A stretch of 63,943 nucleotides of DNA, filler included, from Octopus bimaculoides (taxonomy: Eukaryota), in NCBI RefSeq assembly GCF_001194135.2. It is 5 parts of 5 records of this genome, joined end to end, with 100 filler letters (N's around TTAATTAATTAA, not from the genome) between each part and the next. Parts side by side here need not be neighbours in the genome. Positions count along the whole stretch, not along the records: positions 30,612 to 51,026 come from NC_068987.1; positions 51,127 to 60,360 come from NC_069001.1; 3 more parts are not named here. The stretch is one strand, 5' to 3'. Positions within the stretch are counted from its first letter, which is position 1; each line of letters starts with the position of its first letter. The notes under the pieces are model-generated. The model ran no database searches. It saw nothing but the letters and a program-made list of their open reading frames with translations, and was not told where the DNA came from. Positions 40,486 to 53,347 of this stretch are shown piece after piece. Both the position numbers and the translations under genes were made by a program.

Positions 40486-41079
40486 TTACTCTCTCTGGAA
40501 CACCTCCATATAAATTAACGATGAAAAAAACATACGCGAATGCCTCAGAGTGACAGTAAAATCTAAGCCAGCTGCATCTGCATTGCGGGTTCGATTCCTA
40601 CATGTAATTGACTTCTGTTGGCTAATTGTATCAACAGGATAAAGCGGGATTTAGTTCCATCTGATTGATTTAACCGAATTAACTGACTTATGTAGAGCAA
40701 TGCAAATGAAACAGAAGAGTTTAAAGGGGACTTAACTACTGACAACCAAGCATTACAATACTTTGACTAGACAACTCTTCTTCCATTTCTTCGTATAATT
40801 CATACTGGAGCCCGAAAAAAATAGAGCAAACCCGCCTTCGAATAATTCAATGCAAAACAAAAGGTGAATACAACCTAACAACACAGTTTCCATGGACTTT
40901 TCATTACAGATGTATAAGCTACATTTTACATTAGCATCGCTACAAGTAAACCTCACCATTATCACTATAAACTCATGTATATTTATGATAATTCATAGTT
41001 TGTTTATGTAAAAAAATATTGGATAAAAAATATTTTCACAACAGATATAAAAATATTTAACACAAAAAATAACAGAAGA

Positions 41080-41091
41080 ATCTTTTATCAT

Positions 41092-41123
<32 letters not shown>

Positions 41124-41223
41124 ATTATTATTGTTATTATTATTAAATTTTTATTATTATTATTATCATCATTATTATTAATTTTTATTATTAATTTTTA
41201 TTATTATTGTTATTATTATTAAA

Positions 41224-41264
<41 letters not shown>

Positions 41265-41368
41265 TTTTATTGTTATTATTGGTATTATTTAGTCTTATGT
41301 ATTATTATGATTCTTATAATGATCTTTTATCGTTGTTGTTGTTATTATTATCATTATTATTATCATTA

Positions 41369-41402
<34 letters not shown>

Positions 41403-41420
41403 CATCATCATCAATATAAT
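41080..41420. repeat. Long degenerate (TTA)n tract
   Basis: Directly visible. Confidence 0.95.
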
Positions 41421-41559
41421 AATAAAATAAAAGAGATTATTTTGTGCAAAAAACCTATGAGAAATTTATGTTGAGGTTTGAAATTCTGATGAGAAAATAT
41501 ATTTATTTTGTAATTTTCTGTTTGAACCAGATGGGAATTTCCCTCTAAAGCACATTATT

Positions 41560-41621
<62 letters not shown>

Positions 41622-41791
41622 GGTGAAAGTGAGAGAGAAAGAAAGAGAGAGAGAGAGAAAGAGAAAGAGGGAACTTCACTTGTGATGTTAGGTTGTGTCT
41701 TTGGGCTATAGGAAGAAATTATTGAGATGAAGCTCTGCTTGTGCCTTACAACGAATGACTTTGCATACATACATGTATGTATGTATGTATG

Positions 41792-41822
<31 letters not shown>

Positions 41823-41893
41823 GTGTCTGTGTGTCTGTGTATGTATATGTTTATTTGTAACGATGAAGTCAAATCAAATAGTGNNNNNNNNNN

Positions 41894-41931
<38 letters not shown>

Positions 41932-42296
41932 CGCGTTTATACTAGACTCTCCGTCGGTTTCGACGATGAACAGCAAGTTATTCGACAAACGGATTGATGG
42001 AACATATAAGCAGTTGAGTACTCCGCAAGCATTCGATCCCTGGACTGAGCCCAAATTCCAAACCGTTTCAGCATGATCCACTGTCACAATCTGGGTCTCT
42101 GTATTACAAGTGTGAAAGAAAGGAAAAAGGGATTCTTCTCATTGGTTACATTATTTATCGACCCCCGAAAGGACGAAAAATTCCAAAGAGAAACTCGTAC
42201 ATATCTCCAACCCAATACACTCAATATGAACGACATAACTTGAGTAATGTAAAAGGAGTTATGACCATTTACACAATATCACGACATATCGCATAC

Positions 42297-42387
42297 ATTT
42301 TCAAGGAAGTAGTCGTTCTGAATGTCTTAAAACTGTAATACTCATGTTGGCTCCATCTGCTTGAGTTTTCTAAATACAGACTTAGCA
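42297..42387 (-). CDS. Candidate coding exon
   Basis: ttactttaatttcag|...|gtatgc, 91 nt open: LSLYLENSSRWSQHEYYSFKTFRTTTSLK. Confidence 0.3.
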
Positions 42388-42689
42388 CTGAAATTAAAGT
42401 AACAATTGTATTCAAGTACTATATATTGATCACACGCGCACGCATATATGCGAACACAAACATATAGATATGCATATATACCTATATGAATATATAAGTT
42501 ATAAATATGTATTTGCATTTATATATATGTGTGTGTATGTATACATATATATGTATGTATGTATGTATGCATGTGTGTGTATGTGTTCATGTTTGTGAGT
42601 TTGTATGCGTATATGTATTTGTGTGTACCTCTGAAGAGACCAGCCACACCAACACTAATGGCTGCGCCTTGAACCAGCGTGTATAGTTT

Positions 42690-43250
42690 CCTGCTAAATT
42701 TTGCTGCAAATCTATTCATCTGCAATTCCTCAATCAAAATTTGTTGGGAGAATCCCCAGGACACACTCTAGGACACACCAGTCATATCAATAAGTTTGTC
42801 AATTGTTCAGGGATGGTCCTCTAAGATCAGTTCATGAATTTTCATGATGTTTTCTTCATTCGTTCGGGAGGTCAACAGTCGCCCTGAACGAGATTGGTCT
42901 TCAAGCGACAAGTGACCATTCCTGAATTGTGAAAACCACTCGTAAACTTATCTTTTGCTCATGGCAGCGTTTTTTGCATAACAGCTGTTTCGACTGCCGT
43001 TTTACCCAGCAGAAAACAGAATTTCACGGAAGCATACTGTTCCTTCGTTTCAACCATCGCAAAAATCGACGAATAGGTGAGAAACACTGTAAAACAAAAA
43101 CGCACCACGTGACAGTACGCCCGCAGCTGACGACGCCGGTCGGCAGACTGATGCCTGAGGGCTGCATCAAGTGGCTTCTAGCGATGGAAGCCTGAACTAC
43201 AACGGGCTTGTCCCACAAAGAACGTTTCCGGTTACTTTTGGGTACTGATT
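42690..43250 (-). mobile_element. Mariner transposase N-terminal (HTH) remnant with one TIR
   Basis: From ATG at 43057: MVETKEQYASVKFCFLLGKTAVET...YEWFSQFRNGHLSLEDQSRSGR...MNRFAAKF. TIR-like gtacccaaaagtaaccgga near 43240. Confidence 0.85.
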
Positions 43251-43569
43251 TAATAATACGGTATTTAGCATGATTCTCTGGGAAGCACGTAGTTTCTTCA
43301 ACCCGGCGTCCTAACTTTTATCTTTCTAAGTCCTTTTTTTTCTTTTCTCTTTGTTGTTTCTTTAAATTTTTTCTCTTCCCACAATTAGTGACAATTCTGA
43401 GAATGCAGTAGTAATTGCTGCTGCTGCTGTTGGCATCTTGATATTTATCTTTCTTCTCCTATCTGTACACTGTAAATTGCGACTTTTTTGTTGCGTCAGC
43501 GCTAATGACATTGATGTTGCAGTCTAGGAGAATAACGAAACACTTTCTCTTCAGAGTTCTCTTACTTAC

Positions 43570-43608
43570 CAGTTTCTCTAATATACGTCAACTTAATATT
43601 ATTTATTG
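43570..43608 (-). CDS. Candidate short exon
   Basis: Strong donor CTG|gtaagt and a weak acceptor; INNIKLTYIRET, phase 1-1. Confidence 0.2.
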
Positions 43609-44208
43609 CTATGTTCTTTTAAATGGCGCCCACTTATTCTATTTATAGGACCATATCTGCATATATTCACACTATCACATTGTTGATAGTCGTGATGATG
43701 TATTTTCATTTAATATTAGTTTCAAAGTTTTGCACAAGGCCAGTAATTTCAAGGGAAAGGGGATGAGTCGATTACATCAACCCCAGTATTTCACAGGTAC
43801 TTACTTTATCGACCTCGAAAGGAAGAAAAGCAAAGTCGACCATCGCTGAATTTTCAGTTAATTTTGCATGGACTTATTTAATCTTTCTATAATTTCTACA
43901 ATTTTTGTATTTATGATCTATCATATTGTTTAATGCATTAATTTCTCCAGTATCTAAACGATCGTAACTAATTAATAAGCATAATGATGCTACCTTAATT
44001 CTTTTGATCATTTATTTTTTTCTACTCTGGGTGGGATGGATGCATTATTCTTACAATCGATACAATTCTCGGATTCCAGTTTGTGCAAAATATTTTTGTG
44101 ATAACTGGCCGTTTTACATCCCGTTATCCACGGTTTCTCATGTAATAAAGACTGAAATATTCGAATTAATTTCCTGAATCCCACGTTTCTTACTACACAC
44201 ACACACAC

Positions 44209-44274
<66 letters not shown>

Positions 44275-44752
44275 NNNNNNNNNNNNNNNNNNNNNNNNNN
44301 NNNNNNNNNNNNNNNNNNNNNNNNNNNNNNNNNNNNNNNNNNNNNNNNNNNNNNNNNNNNNNNNNNNNNNNNNNNNNNNNNNNNNNNNNNNNNNNNNNNN
44401 NNNNNNNNNNNNNNNNNNNNNNNNNNNNNNNNNNNNNNNNNNNNNNNNNNNNNNNNNNNNNNNNNNNNNNNNNNNNNNNNNNNNNNNNNNNNNNNNNNNN
44501 NNNNNNNNNNNNNNNNNNNNNNNNNNNNNNNNNNNNNNNNNNNNTAAATATAATAGAAACAGACATTATGATAATCTGCATAATTTCGAGTTTTTATTTA
44601 TCTTAAGTGATCCATAAATGCCGATCAACTAGGAACCTGCTCTAGTATGTCAAGTACAAAGGGTCCCCCAATCTTGACAATTTCGGTAAGCACAATGTTG
44701 TCATTTGACACCAGCAAATCCGTTGATCTGAGTTGTCCCCCTTTCGGGTTTA

Positions 44753-44806
<54 letters not shown>

Positions 44807-44938
44807 TCTTTCATTTCTTAAGAAGTTTATTGTCAGACCAGACTATAACGACTTGTTTGCGACCAGTTTGTCTCTGTCTTATATTCTATCAAATCGAACG
44901 TGTTCTGCTTTTGATTATGTCACCCGACTCTTCCTCAC

Positions 44939-45009
44939 GAATATTAACATCCTGATTGCTATAATTTCTAGCAAACAGCGAATAGTCTACCGACAGCAAC
45001 AAGATTTGT
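44939..45009 (-). CDS. Candidate coding exon
   Basis: ttctcttttttataaag|...|gtgagg; QILLLSVDYSLFARNYSNQDVNI. Confidence 0.25.
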
Positions 45010-45149
45010 CTTTATAAAAAAGAGAACACATTAGATGATATAGTTCTACGTGAACTGATCCTCAAAAAAATAAGGGATTGCTACAGCAGAAATGTCATTG
45101 GTCAAAGTGCTTGACTGAAGCTGAACAGGGCTACAAATATCGCTGCCCT

Positions 45150-45330
45150 CTCTTGATATGACACCGCTCTTCATTTCATCTCTAAGCTTCTGAACACATA
45201 TCTACATGCAACTTAGATATCGCCTGTCAAATCTCCTCTGCTTGCAATGACAGCGACCTAGAAAATACCTTTAAACAGGAGACATGCTAATTTAGTGTCT
45301 TTTAACACCACAAAGCTCAACCATTGTATA
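45150..45330 (+). mobile_element. Decayed CR1/Jockey-like RT fragment
   Basis: SDLENTFK / HANLVSFNTTK resembles DL..I..WG..NLV.FN..KT. Confidence 0.45.
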
Positions 45331-48295
45331 TACAGAGAGAAAATATTGTGCGGCACCTTCTTCTCGACAAGAAGGTGCTTCAGATCTACTAATATCCTGA
45401 TTGTCTATAAGCTGAAGCTAATGTATGGTAGGTGTAATTTTTTGTTTGTATAACTAGTAAAATGTTGGGTTAATGTGTTTGTCTTGTATATCTTACTGTA
45501 TATATTGTATATATTGTCTATATTGTCTTGTATATTTTATTTATCCGAATCTTGCGTTTCATTTCTCTATCGAGGATTTGTCGAATATCCTCAGATCAAC
45601 TCGGGCAAATCTTTGACCAATGGCACCACATTCACAATCCTCCCATTCCCCCAATCAGGGAACGAAGGTTGCATTATCCAACGCATCTCTCATTAAGAAG
45701 GAAATTTGGTTGCTCTTTCTAGCAGGTTGAGCGACCAAGTAGAAACTTCACATAACAAGCTGAGGAATGTAGAATGGATGGTTGAACAAGCAAAAGTCAA
45801 TGTGCTGAGTTCAAATCTACCTTTAAATCGACTTTGATTTTTATTTCACTCTCGAGATGGATAAAAGAACTTCCTGCACCGTGTCAAATAAATTTACGCT
45901 TTTCCCAGAAAAAAACCCAAAAAAACTCGTCATATGACCAGTGAAAAGGAATCAATATTTATGGAAGTTATATTGACGTGTTTGTATCAATGTAAGTTTT
46001 CTTCAATATAAACGGTAAAATAGCCAATAATTTGTATTTTCTTTCTCGCTATAGAAGTTGTGAAAAGCAAGCCAAAAAAGAACAAAAAAGGGAGAAAAAT
46101 AAAAGAAAAAGAAAGAGCGCAGAAAATTTCATAATTTCATAATTTCATATATGAATAAAAATAAAATACAAAATAACAGCGAAATTTCCCCCCTGTATTT
46201 ACCTGTTGAAGCTTTCCAGCTAACATATGTAGATATTGGGCTAAAACCCGAATATCAAATTTCAATATTTACATTTAAGCCATGAATAAATTTGATCCAA
46301 TAAATAAATAAATCGTCTTATATTTGGTTGTGTCAAAAATTCCATATTGGCATATTATCTCTACACAGGCAATTTTCATAAAATTTCTTATTTCTGCCTT
46401 TAATGTAATATTTAAAATAAATATCGTTTTGCTTCTGCGCATGTGCAGTGACATTTACTTTTTATTATATTTACGAGTACACAATAATTTTTCTGAAAGA
46501 TATTTCATTAAAAAAAGATATTTTCATAAATAGATAAGGTGTTATTAAGGTTTTCCTTTTGCGTGTGTGGAGGGGAGGCCCACATCCACGATAAGCTGCT
46601 TTATTAAGGACAAGCCTTGTATAGAAGCAAAGCAGTTTCAATTCTCGACCGAGAGAGGTAGAAAGGCATGAATGTCATACAACCTTATGCCACCGAGGTT
46701 AACTTTGCCTTTCATTATTTTGGGGGTCGATATAATAAGGATCATTTGAGTACTAGTGTTGATAACATAATACTAGTTGATCACTGGGGTCGATATAATC
46801 GACTAGCTCCTCCCTTCACAACTGCAGACGTTGTATAAAAAATTGAAATTATTAGCAGATTCATGATAATGAGTTTTCATTCTGGTACGAGTCTAAAATT
46901 TCATAAAGGAAAATTATAAACGATTCGAACCAAATCCACTTTATAATTGGTATTTATTTTGAACATTCTGAGAATATGAAACGCAATTCAACCTCGGCAG
47001 ATTTGAATTCCGAATGAAGCAGTTCAGTTTTATACGTTACTGTATCTACCAATTCACTGCCTTCTTTGTATATTCACTATAACACAAAATAAGTTATGTA
47101 AAAATATAGTATTATAGCTTTGGAATTATAATTATGAAGTAGTATATGAGGAGTATTGTGGAAGTTGATAGTTTCGGCAGATGAGAATGGCAGTTACATA
47201 AATAAAAACGTAGATGACAATCTGAGAATACTTACTGACTGTTGAATCTGGAGTGGCAGATAAAATTAAAAGATAGTTGTGAGGCTTACAGATAGTGATT
47301 TAATAGAATTGTCATGTGAAGATAAAGAAGAAAGATTTAAAGTTTAAAGTTTCCATGAATAGCCAGACTGTGCTATAGCTGTTAACATTTTATAGATTTA
47401 TCTTTTGTGATGCAAATGTGCATAATGTTTGAAAGAAACAGGAGATTGATATTTGCATGTGAACGGAGCAGGCAGATATACTGTTATTCTTTTGCAACAT
47501 GCGGCTAGTGGCAATTACTACAGTAAATCCTGGCCAACCGACCAGCCAAGACGTTAATACCACCCAAAGCACTAAATCTTCAACTCTGCAATATTCAAGC
47601 TTGTAATATCAGTCAATCAATCATGGACTTGGATATTTCTATGTGTTATCCAATACAGCAACACATATCACTGCATTACCGCACCTAATATTGCCAAGAA
47701 CAACTACAACACTGTTCTATTATCAAATTGATATCGGCTGCACCGAATATTATCGCGTGGTACTAGATATTTGTACTGAATGCTATAGGATATATTAAAC
47801 TAACTCTGTAATATAATAACATTACATCAAATATTATTATAAGCAGTATTCTATATTATGAAGATATACTGTTAATCATTGTTCGTTTAAAGTTTTGGGG
47901 TCAAAGAGATAAGTTATTCTCTGGGTAAGTACAACGACCTCTCATAGTTAACATTCTGAATAAATGTGATAAGCTGGTACCTATTTGTGCTACCTAATTG
48001 GTCTTTGGCACATAAGATTAAATATTGCATCCAAATGTAGAACAAAATTCTGTGACTTGGCATTGATATTAAGATCTACGGTCAAATAATTACTACGAGT
48101 TCGTGCCACAATTATTCCATATTTCCTATATATCGAACAATATTATATAATATAACGGGACTTTATACGAGACTGCTCGATGTGATTAGAGGGAGATTTG
48201 GATGTTATTTCTTGGAGTAATAACAACTACGTAAAGACCTCATTGTTTCTCTCACCATAATTGTTAGTAGAGACAAGTGATTGAACATGGCAGTT

Positions 48296-48670
48296 TATTA
48301 CCTCCGCCTTAGCGAAGGCGGAAGTATTGTTTCAGTCGTGTTTGTTTGTTTGTCTGTCCTTGGACAAGATATCTTAAGAATCGCTGGATGGATTTGGATG
48401 AAACATTCAGGGATGTTTGGCATCGTAACTGACACGAACTAATTATATTTTGGGATCTATCCGGTGTTGGACAAGGATTCTGGATTATACTTCCTGTTTT
48501 TTTTATTACTTAATTTTTTAGAGCGGTCGGGTTCATTTTTAGTATTCTCATTTGTGAGAGCAGTCGGGTTTATTTCAGATATTCTCATCTTAAAAATCAT
48601 CTCTGGCTAATCGTCGAAAGAACGTTGGTATTGCCTTGGTGGAGGTTTGCGCTCTCTGAATGCTCTTATT
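48296..48670 (+). mobile_element. Helentron-associated non-autonomous element (HINE/DINE-like)
   Basis: 5' subTIR cctccgcc with an internal hairpin, a (gttt/gtct)n tract, 3' subTIR ccttggtggagg and a terminal stem-loop gcgctc..gaatgc, in T-rich flanks. Confidence 0.6.
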
Positions 48671-48777
48671 TATCTATTCATTTATTTATTGTTGTTTCTG
48701 TCATTAGGTGGTGATGGAAATGTTGGATGCTGAGAAAAATGCAATTATGTTTTTTTAGTCAATGTTGCTTTTATAAT

Positions 48778-48995
48778 GAATCTTTTCTACTCTAGGCATA
48801 AGGCCCGAATTTTTTTTGGGAGGGGGCCAGTCGATGAGATCGATCCCAGTACGCAACTGGTACTTAATTTATCAACCCCGAAAGTAAAAAAGGCAAAGTC
48901 GACCTCGGTGGAATTTGAACTCAGAACGTAAACACAGACGAAATACGGTTAAGCATTTCACTCGGCGTGCTAACGATTCAGCCAGCTTGCCGCTT
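48778..48995 (-). mobile_element. SINE family B with 15-bp TSD
   Basis: TSD tgttgcttttataat at 48763-48777 and 48996-49010. Confidence 0.9.
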
Positions 48996-49535
48996 TGTTG
49001 CTTTTATAATTATTTCACTTTGAAAGGTGACGATGTGGCAGAAATGGTTAGCAAAAGGCCTGGCAAAATGCTCAGTTGGATATTGGGGTCGATACAATAG
49101 ACTTTTCCCTCCTGCAGTATTGCTGGCTTTGCGCCAAAATTTGAAATCGTTGGTGTTGTCCTTATTATTGGTTGTTGTTGCTGTTGTTGTTATTGTGATG
49201 GTAGCAGTGGTAGTTGTGATGTTGGTGATGTTGATAGTTGTGCGAGTGTAACCCCCCCCCCCACCGAGCAAGCCACCAGGGCCACACAACGACTTCTACA
49301 GATTACGTTCCTCTAGATATATTCACGTTGTTCCATGAATTTCCTCATTCAGTGGTTTATCGTGTGTCGTGCAAGTTTGGAAGTGCAAAACAGTCGGCGG
49401 AATACGGTCTGCGCTGACGGACATTGAAGTGACATGCTTTTGGTTAATGTTGTTGTTAACTCCCTTGTCAGACCTGAACGAGCAGAATGTTGAACGAGAC
49501 ATTCCGGCCTTGAACGCTCCATCTCATTTTCACAC

Positions 49536-49587
<52 letters not shown>

Positions 49588-50298
49588 ACTATGTTACTCG
49601 GTATATCTTTATTAAGACGGGTGTGTGTCGTTTGACAAAGAGATTTGGCTGATACTTCTAGCTTATCGAATGACCACATAGAAACACCAAATTAGCCACA
49701 CTAGAAACCGACAATATAGGCCCAGTAAGAACATAACAGATGTCTTTCAGCTGCGCTTATATCTCACATATATAATTTTTAAAAAATAAATTATCTCCCA
49801 GCAGAAGCCAGAAGGAATTTTGGTGTATTGCAAATACTCTTTTGAATTTGAATATTCAGAAACTGATACATGTGTGAGGAATAGTAAAAATAACAGTTTT
49901 GGGATAGTGTTATAATAAATAGCAACCATGAACTCTTGTAGATATGTGTCGGATCGAGATCACCTAATATATTGCGCCATATTGTAATAACAAATTGTAC
50001 TCCAACGTCTGCTCTTCTTAGCAGCTTTTATTTTCCAAATATTTATTCAAAAAAATGTAAATAAATAAGACAAGGTAATTCTGTTATTATTGTTGTTGTT
50101 GTTGCTACTGCAACAATATCATTTCTCTTGCTACGTTATTTCGAAGTTACAATTGTTCTCAAGCTTCATTTAATTCTTGCTGCCTCTATCTGCAGCGAGA
50201 AAACTTTTGAGTTGCGCAGAAAGGTTTACGGTTGGTAATGCTGGCGTTTATCTTTTGCTGTTGTTTTTTTTGTGGTTGATTTATTGTTATTTATGTTA

Positions 50299-50365
<67 letters not shown>

Positions 50366-50660
50366 TATTATTATTATTATTATTAATGTTCGAATTGCGG
50401 TTATAAGATTCGAAAGTGCAGCATGTCAATTGCCTAGCGAACAAGAATAGGAACAACGAAACAAAAGCCACCCCCTCCTCCCTCTCCCCCCCGCAAAAGA
50501 CAAAAACCGATGATGATTACTGTAAAAGTTAACACATGCATGTACCGCGCATCGTGCACATCACTGTACACTCACTGCACACCACATATAGCACAAAGTT
50601 GTCAAGATTCTCATGTAGAGTGCTGTCAATTTGCTTCTCTGAAATCATTTCCATTGAATG

Positions 50661-50705
<45 letters not shown>

Positions 50706-50994
50706 ACACACACACGCGCGCATGTAAATATATATACAACTGTATGAATATATGCTTAAATGCATTCATCAATCGATTTGAACATCACCCATGTGCATAT
50801 TTTTATGTTTTTATAGGGAACTCTATGTATCCTACACGCATATATACGCGCATATGTGAGTGAGTGTGTAAATATCTACATATACATACGTATGTATATA
50901 TATACACACACACATTACGCAGACTGATATATATATATATATAGACATATAAAACACACGAAGGCTCACGCGCGCACACACACGCTCACACATA

Positions 50995-51026
<32 letters not shown>

Positions 51027-51126
51027 NNNNNNNNNNNNNNNNNNNNNNNNNNNNNNNNNNNNNNNNNNNNTTAATTAATTAANNNNNNNNNNNNNNNNNN
51101 NNNNNNNNNNNNNNNNNNNNNNNNNN
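51027..51126. other. Artificial scaffold-join spacer
   Basis: N44-TTAATTAATTAA-N44. Confidence 0.95.
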
Positions 51127-51292
51127 TCTCTGAGTGGTTGGCGTTAGGAAGGGCATCCAGCTGTAGAAACTCTGCCAAATCAGACTGGAGCCTGGTGTTG
51201 CCATCCGGTTTCACCAGTCCTCAGTCAAATCGTCCAACCCATGCTAGCATGGAAAGCGGACGTTAAACGATGATGATGATGATGATGATGAT
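51127..51292 (+). mobile_element. Young RTE-type LINE 3' tail
   Basis: Near-identical to 12650-12803. The (GAT)n tail runs into the (TA)n of a SINE. Confidence 0.85.
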
Positions 51293-51301
51293 ATATATAT
51301 A

Positions 51302-51449
51302 TATATATACGACGGGCTTCTTTCAGTTTCCGTCTACTAAATCCACTCACGAGGCTTTGGTCAATCCGAGGCTATAATAGAAGACACTTGCCCAAGGTAC
51401 CATGCAGTGGGACTGAACCTGGAACATGTGGTTGGTAAGCAAGCTACTT
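51302..51449 (-). mobile_element. SINE family A fragment lacking its first ~22 nt and its 3' half
   Basis: Minus strand gtagcttgcttaccaacc...gaaagaagcccgtcg. Confidence 0.85.
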
Positions 51450-53347
51450 TATTTCATAAATATTTGCCATAAAGGCATTACAAAGAGGGGACGAACAAGG
51501 ACAGACAAACATAAGGGGGAAGTAGCTTAAATGTTTTTAAAAATTTTACAAGTTATGAATAATTTTTAAATTATTTAAAATTAATTTTAAAATATATACA
51601 AGAAATCATTGCATTTCGCAATGAGGCAGCTAGAAGGCACTCGACCATCCTGGTAGAACCTTTGCTTCCCAAATTAACCTCACTTACTAGGTTCCAATCG
51701 CTCTCAGCTTGCACTTCAAAGACTTCCATCTTTTCGCAAATGTATCCCGTGACAGACACTTCCTCTCCAGCTTGATCTTACTACAGGGGTGGTAACTAAA
51801 AAAAGTTAACCAACCCCTGGCCGGAGACAAAGGTACCTGTCACTATACCTTTCACACGCGTCTTCCATACTGTTTCTTTCAGTATGGCTACTATGTAGAA
51901 AAAAACAGGCCTTCCTTTCCCTGTTAAGTAAAGGAGGTGGTACAGTCTCGATGATAGACTCAGCTGATAGCTGTACTCTTCCTATCACTGACAACAGTTG
52001 TTCTGCAAAAGCTATCAGTCCTGACAACTCCGAACACTCCCCGAATGCGTGCAAGACGGTTTCCCTATCTTTCTCACATCTCGGGCATGTNNNNNNNNNN
52101 AACCCGCGGTGGAACTCCTGCTGCTGGCATTGCCTACCCGAGAGAGTAGCTGGAGCGCCTGGCGGCACTCCAAATGCCAGTCTCCCAGGGAAGAACCGAA
52201 CGTGCGGTGACCACACCTGTTCTCCATCCAGGTAAAGCTAGAGGTGCCTCAACCTTAACGTGAATTTTCGCATCTTCAGCTAAGGCATCCCTAGCCCACC
52301 TTTTAGCGCTTTCTGGCAGCAGACTGAGCGCTTTACGAGAAAACCCTCTAGGCGCCGATAAAAGTCAGTTTGGAAACCTCTAGCGCATGGTGCGTAGACT
52401 CCGATCAGCCTGAAGGCCTTACTGCTGTATGTCGCATCAAGGATGACCAGCCCACCTTCAGGGTCCACATAGATTGTACTTGTCTGCAGAGCCAAGCCAT
52501 TACGGATCAGTACCACTACACCCCCTCGTCCCCCGGTCTGGCCAGGAGCCATGATTTTCTCATAGCCATTCAGGAGAGGCGAGAAGGTTCGTAAACTGTG
52601 GTCAGCTTGGTCTCTGTAGCAACCATCACGTGTATATTGTGCGATCTGAGGTCGTCGAGGAAACATGCCTGCTTCCACTTTGAACACAGACTACGTACAT
52701 TTAAACATCCAATGTTAAGAAAGGCCATTTGAAAGAAGAAAAGGTTCTACTTACGTTTTACTGGAGAGGTTGGCGCCGGTCTCGCCATGCGCTCGTCGGC
52801 CCCTCCCCTTTCCTCCTTCTCTAAGTATTTTGGCAACTTGTCCAATTTCCTGATTGATTCCGGGTGCCAATCCTTCAGCTGCCTGATTGTTTCTTCGCCA
52901 ATCCAGGCACATCTTTCCTTATGTCCCTCCAGTTGTTTATAAAGTCTTGTAGTGTGGTGTGGCAACACTACACCCCTGATATAGGAGTCTCTCGTATCGA
53001 ACTCGACCAACACAAGTTCACTTTTCATGTCATCATCATAATAATTTTTTTCCCTTTTTTCCTTCTTTTTTTCTGGGTCAGCTGGACGGGATTTTTTGGG
53101 TGTCTGTGGTGTCTTGTCTGTGTTGTTTTTATCTTTTGTAGGGGATGTGGACGGGGACAGTTCATGTGTTGTTGTTTTTTTAATATTTTTCCCCACAGTT
53201 CTAAACTCCCCCTCTGATATCTCCATACTGCTTTCTGGGGGAGTTATATTGGGTTCAGGTGGTGCCAAAGTTTTTACAGGGGTGGGGGGTTTATGTATGC
53301 GGGGGCTGGGGAGTTTTGTTTGTTTGTTTGAGAGTGGACACATTCTC
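51448..53347 (-). mobile_element. L1/Tx1-group LINE: ORF1 C-terminus, APE endonuclease, deleted RT, CCHC C-terminus, 3' UTR with AATAAA
   Basis: ORF1-like frame 52747-53343. ORF2 starts at 52728 with MAFLNIGCLNVRSL...ATETK, then GGVVVLI...DPEGG...FRLIGVYAP, then GGLGMP, CPRC...ETVLHAF.EC and DTFAKRW. Confidence 0.85.
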
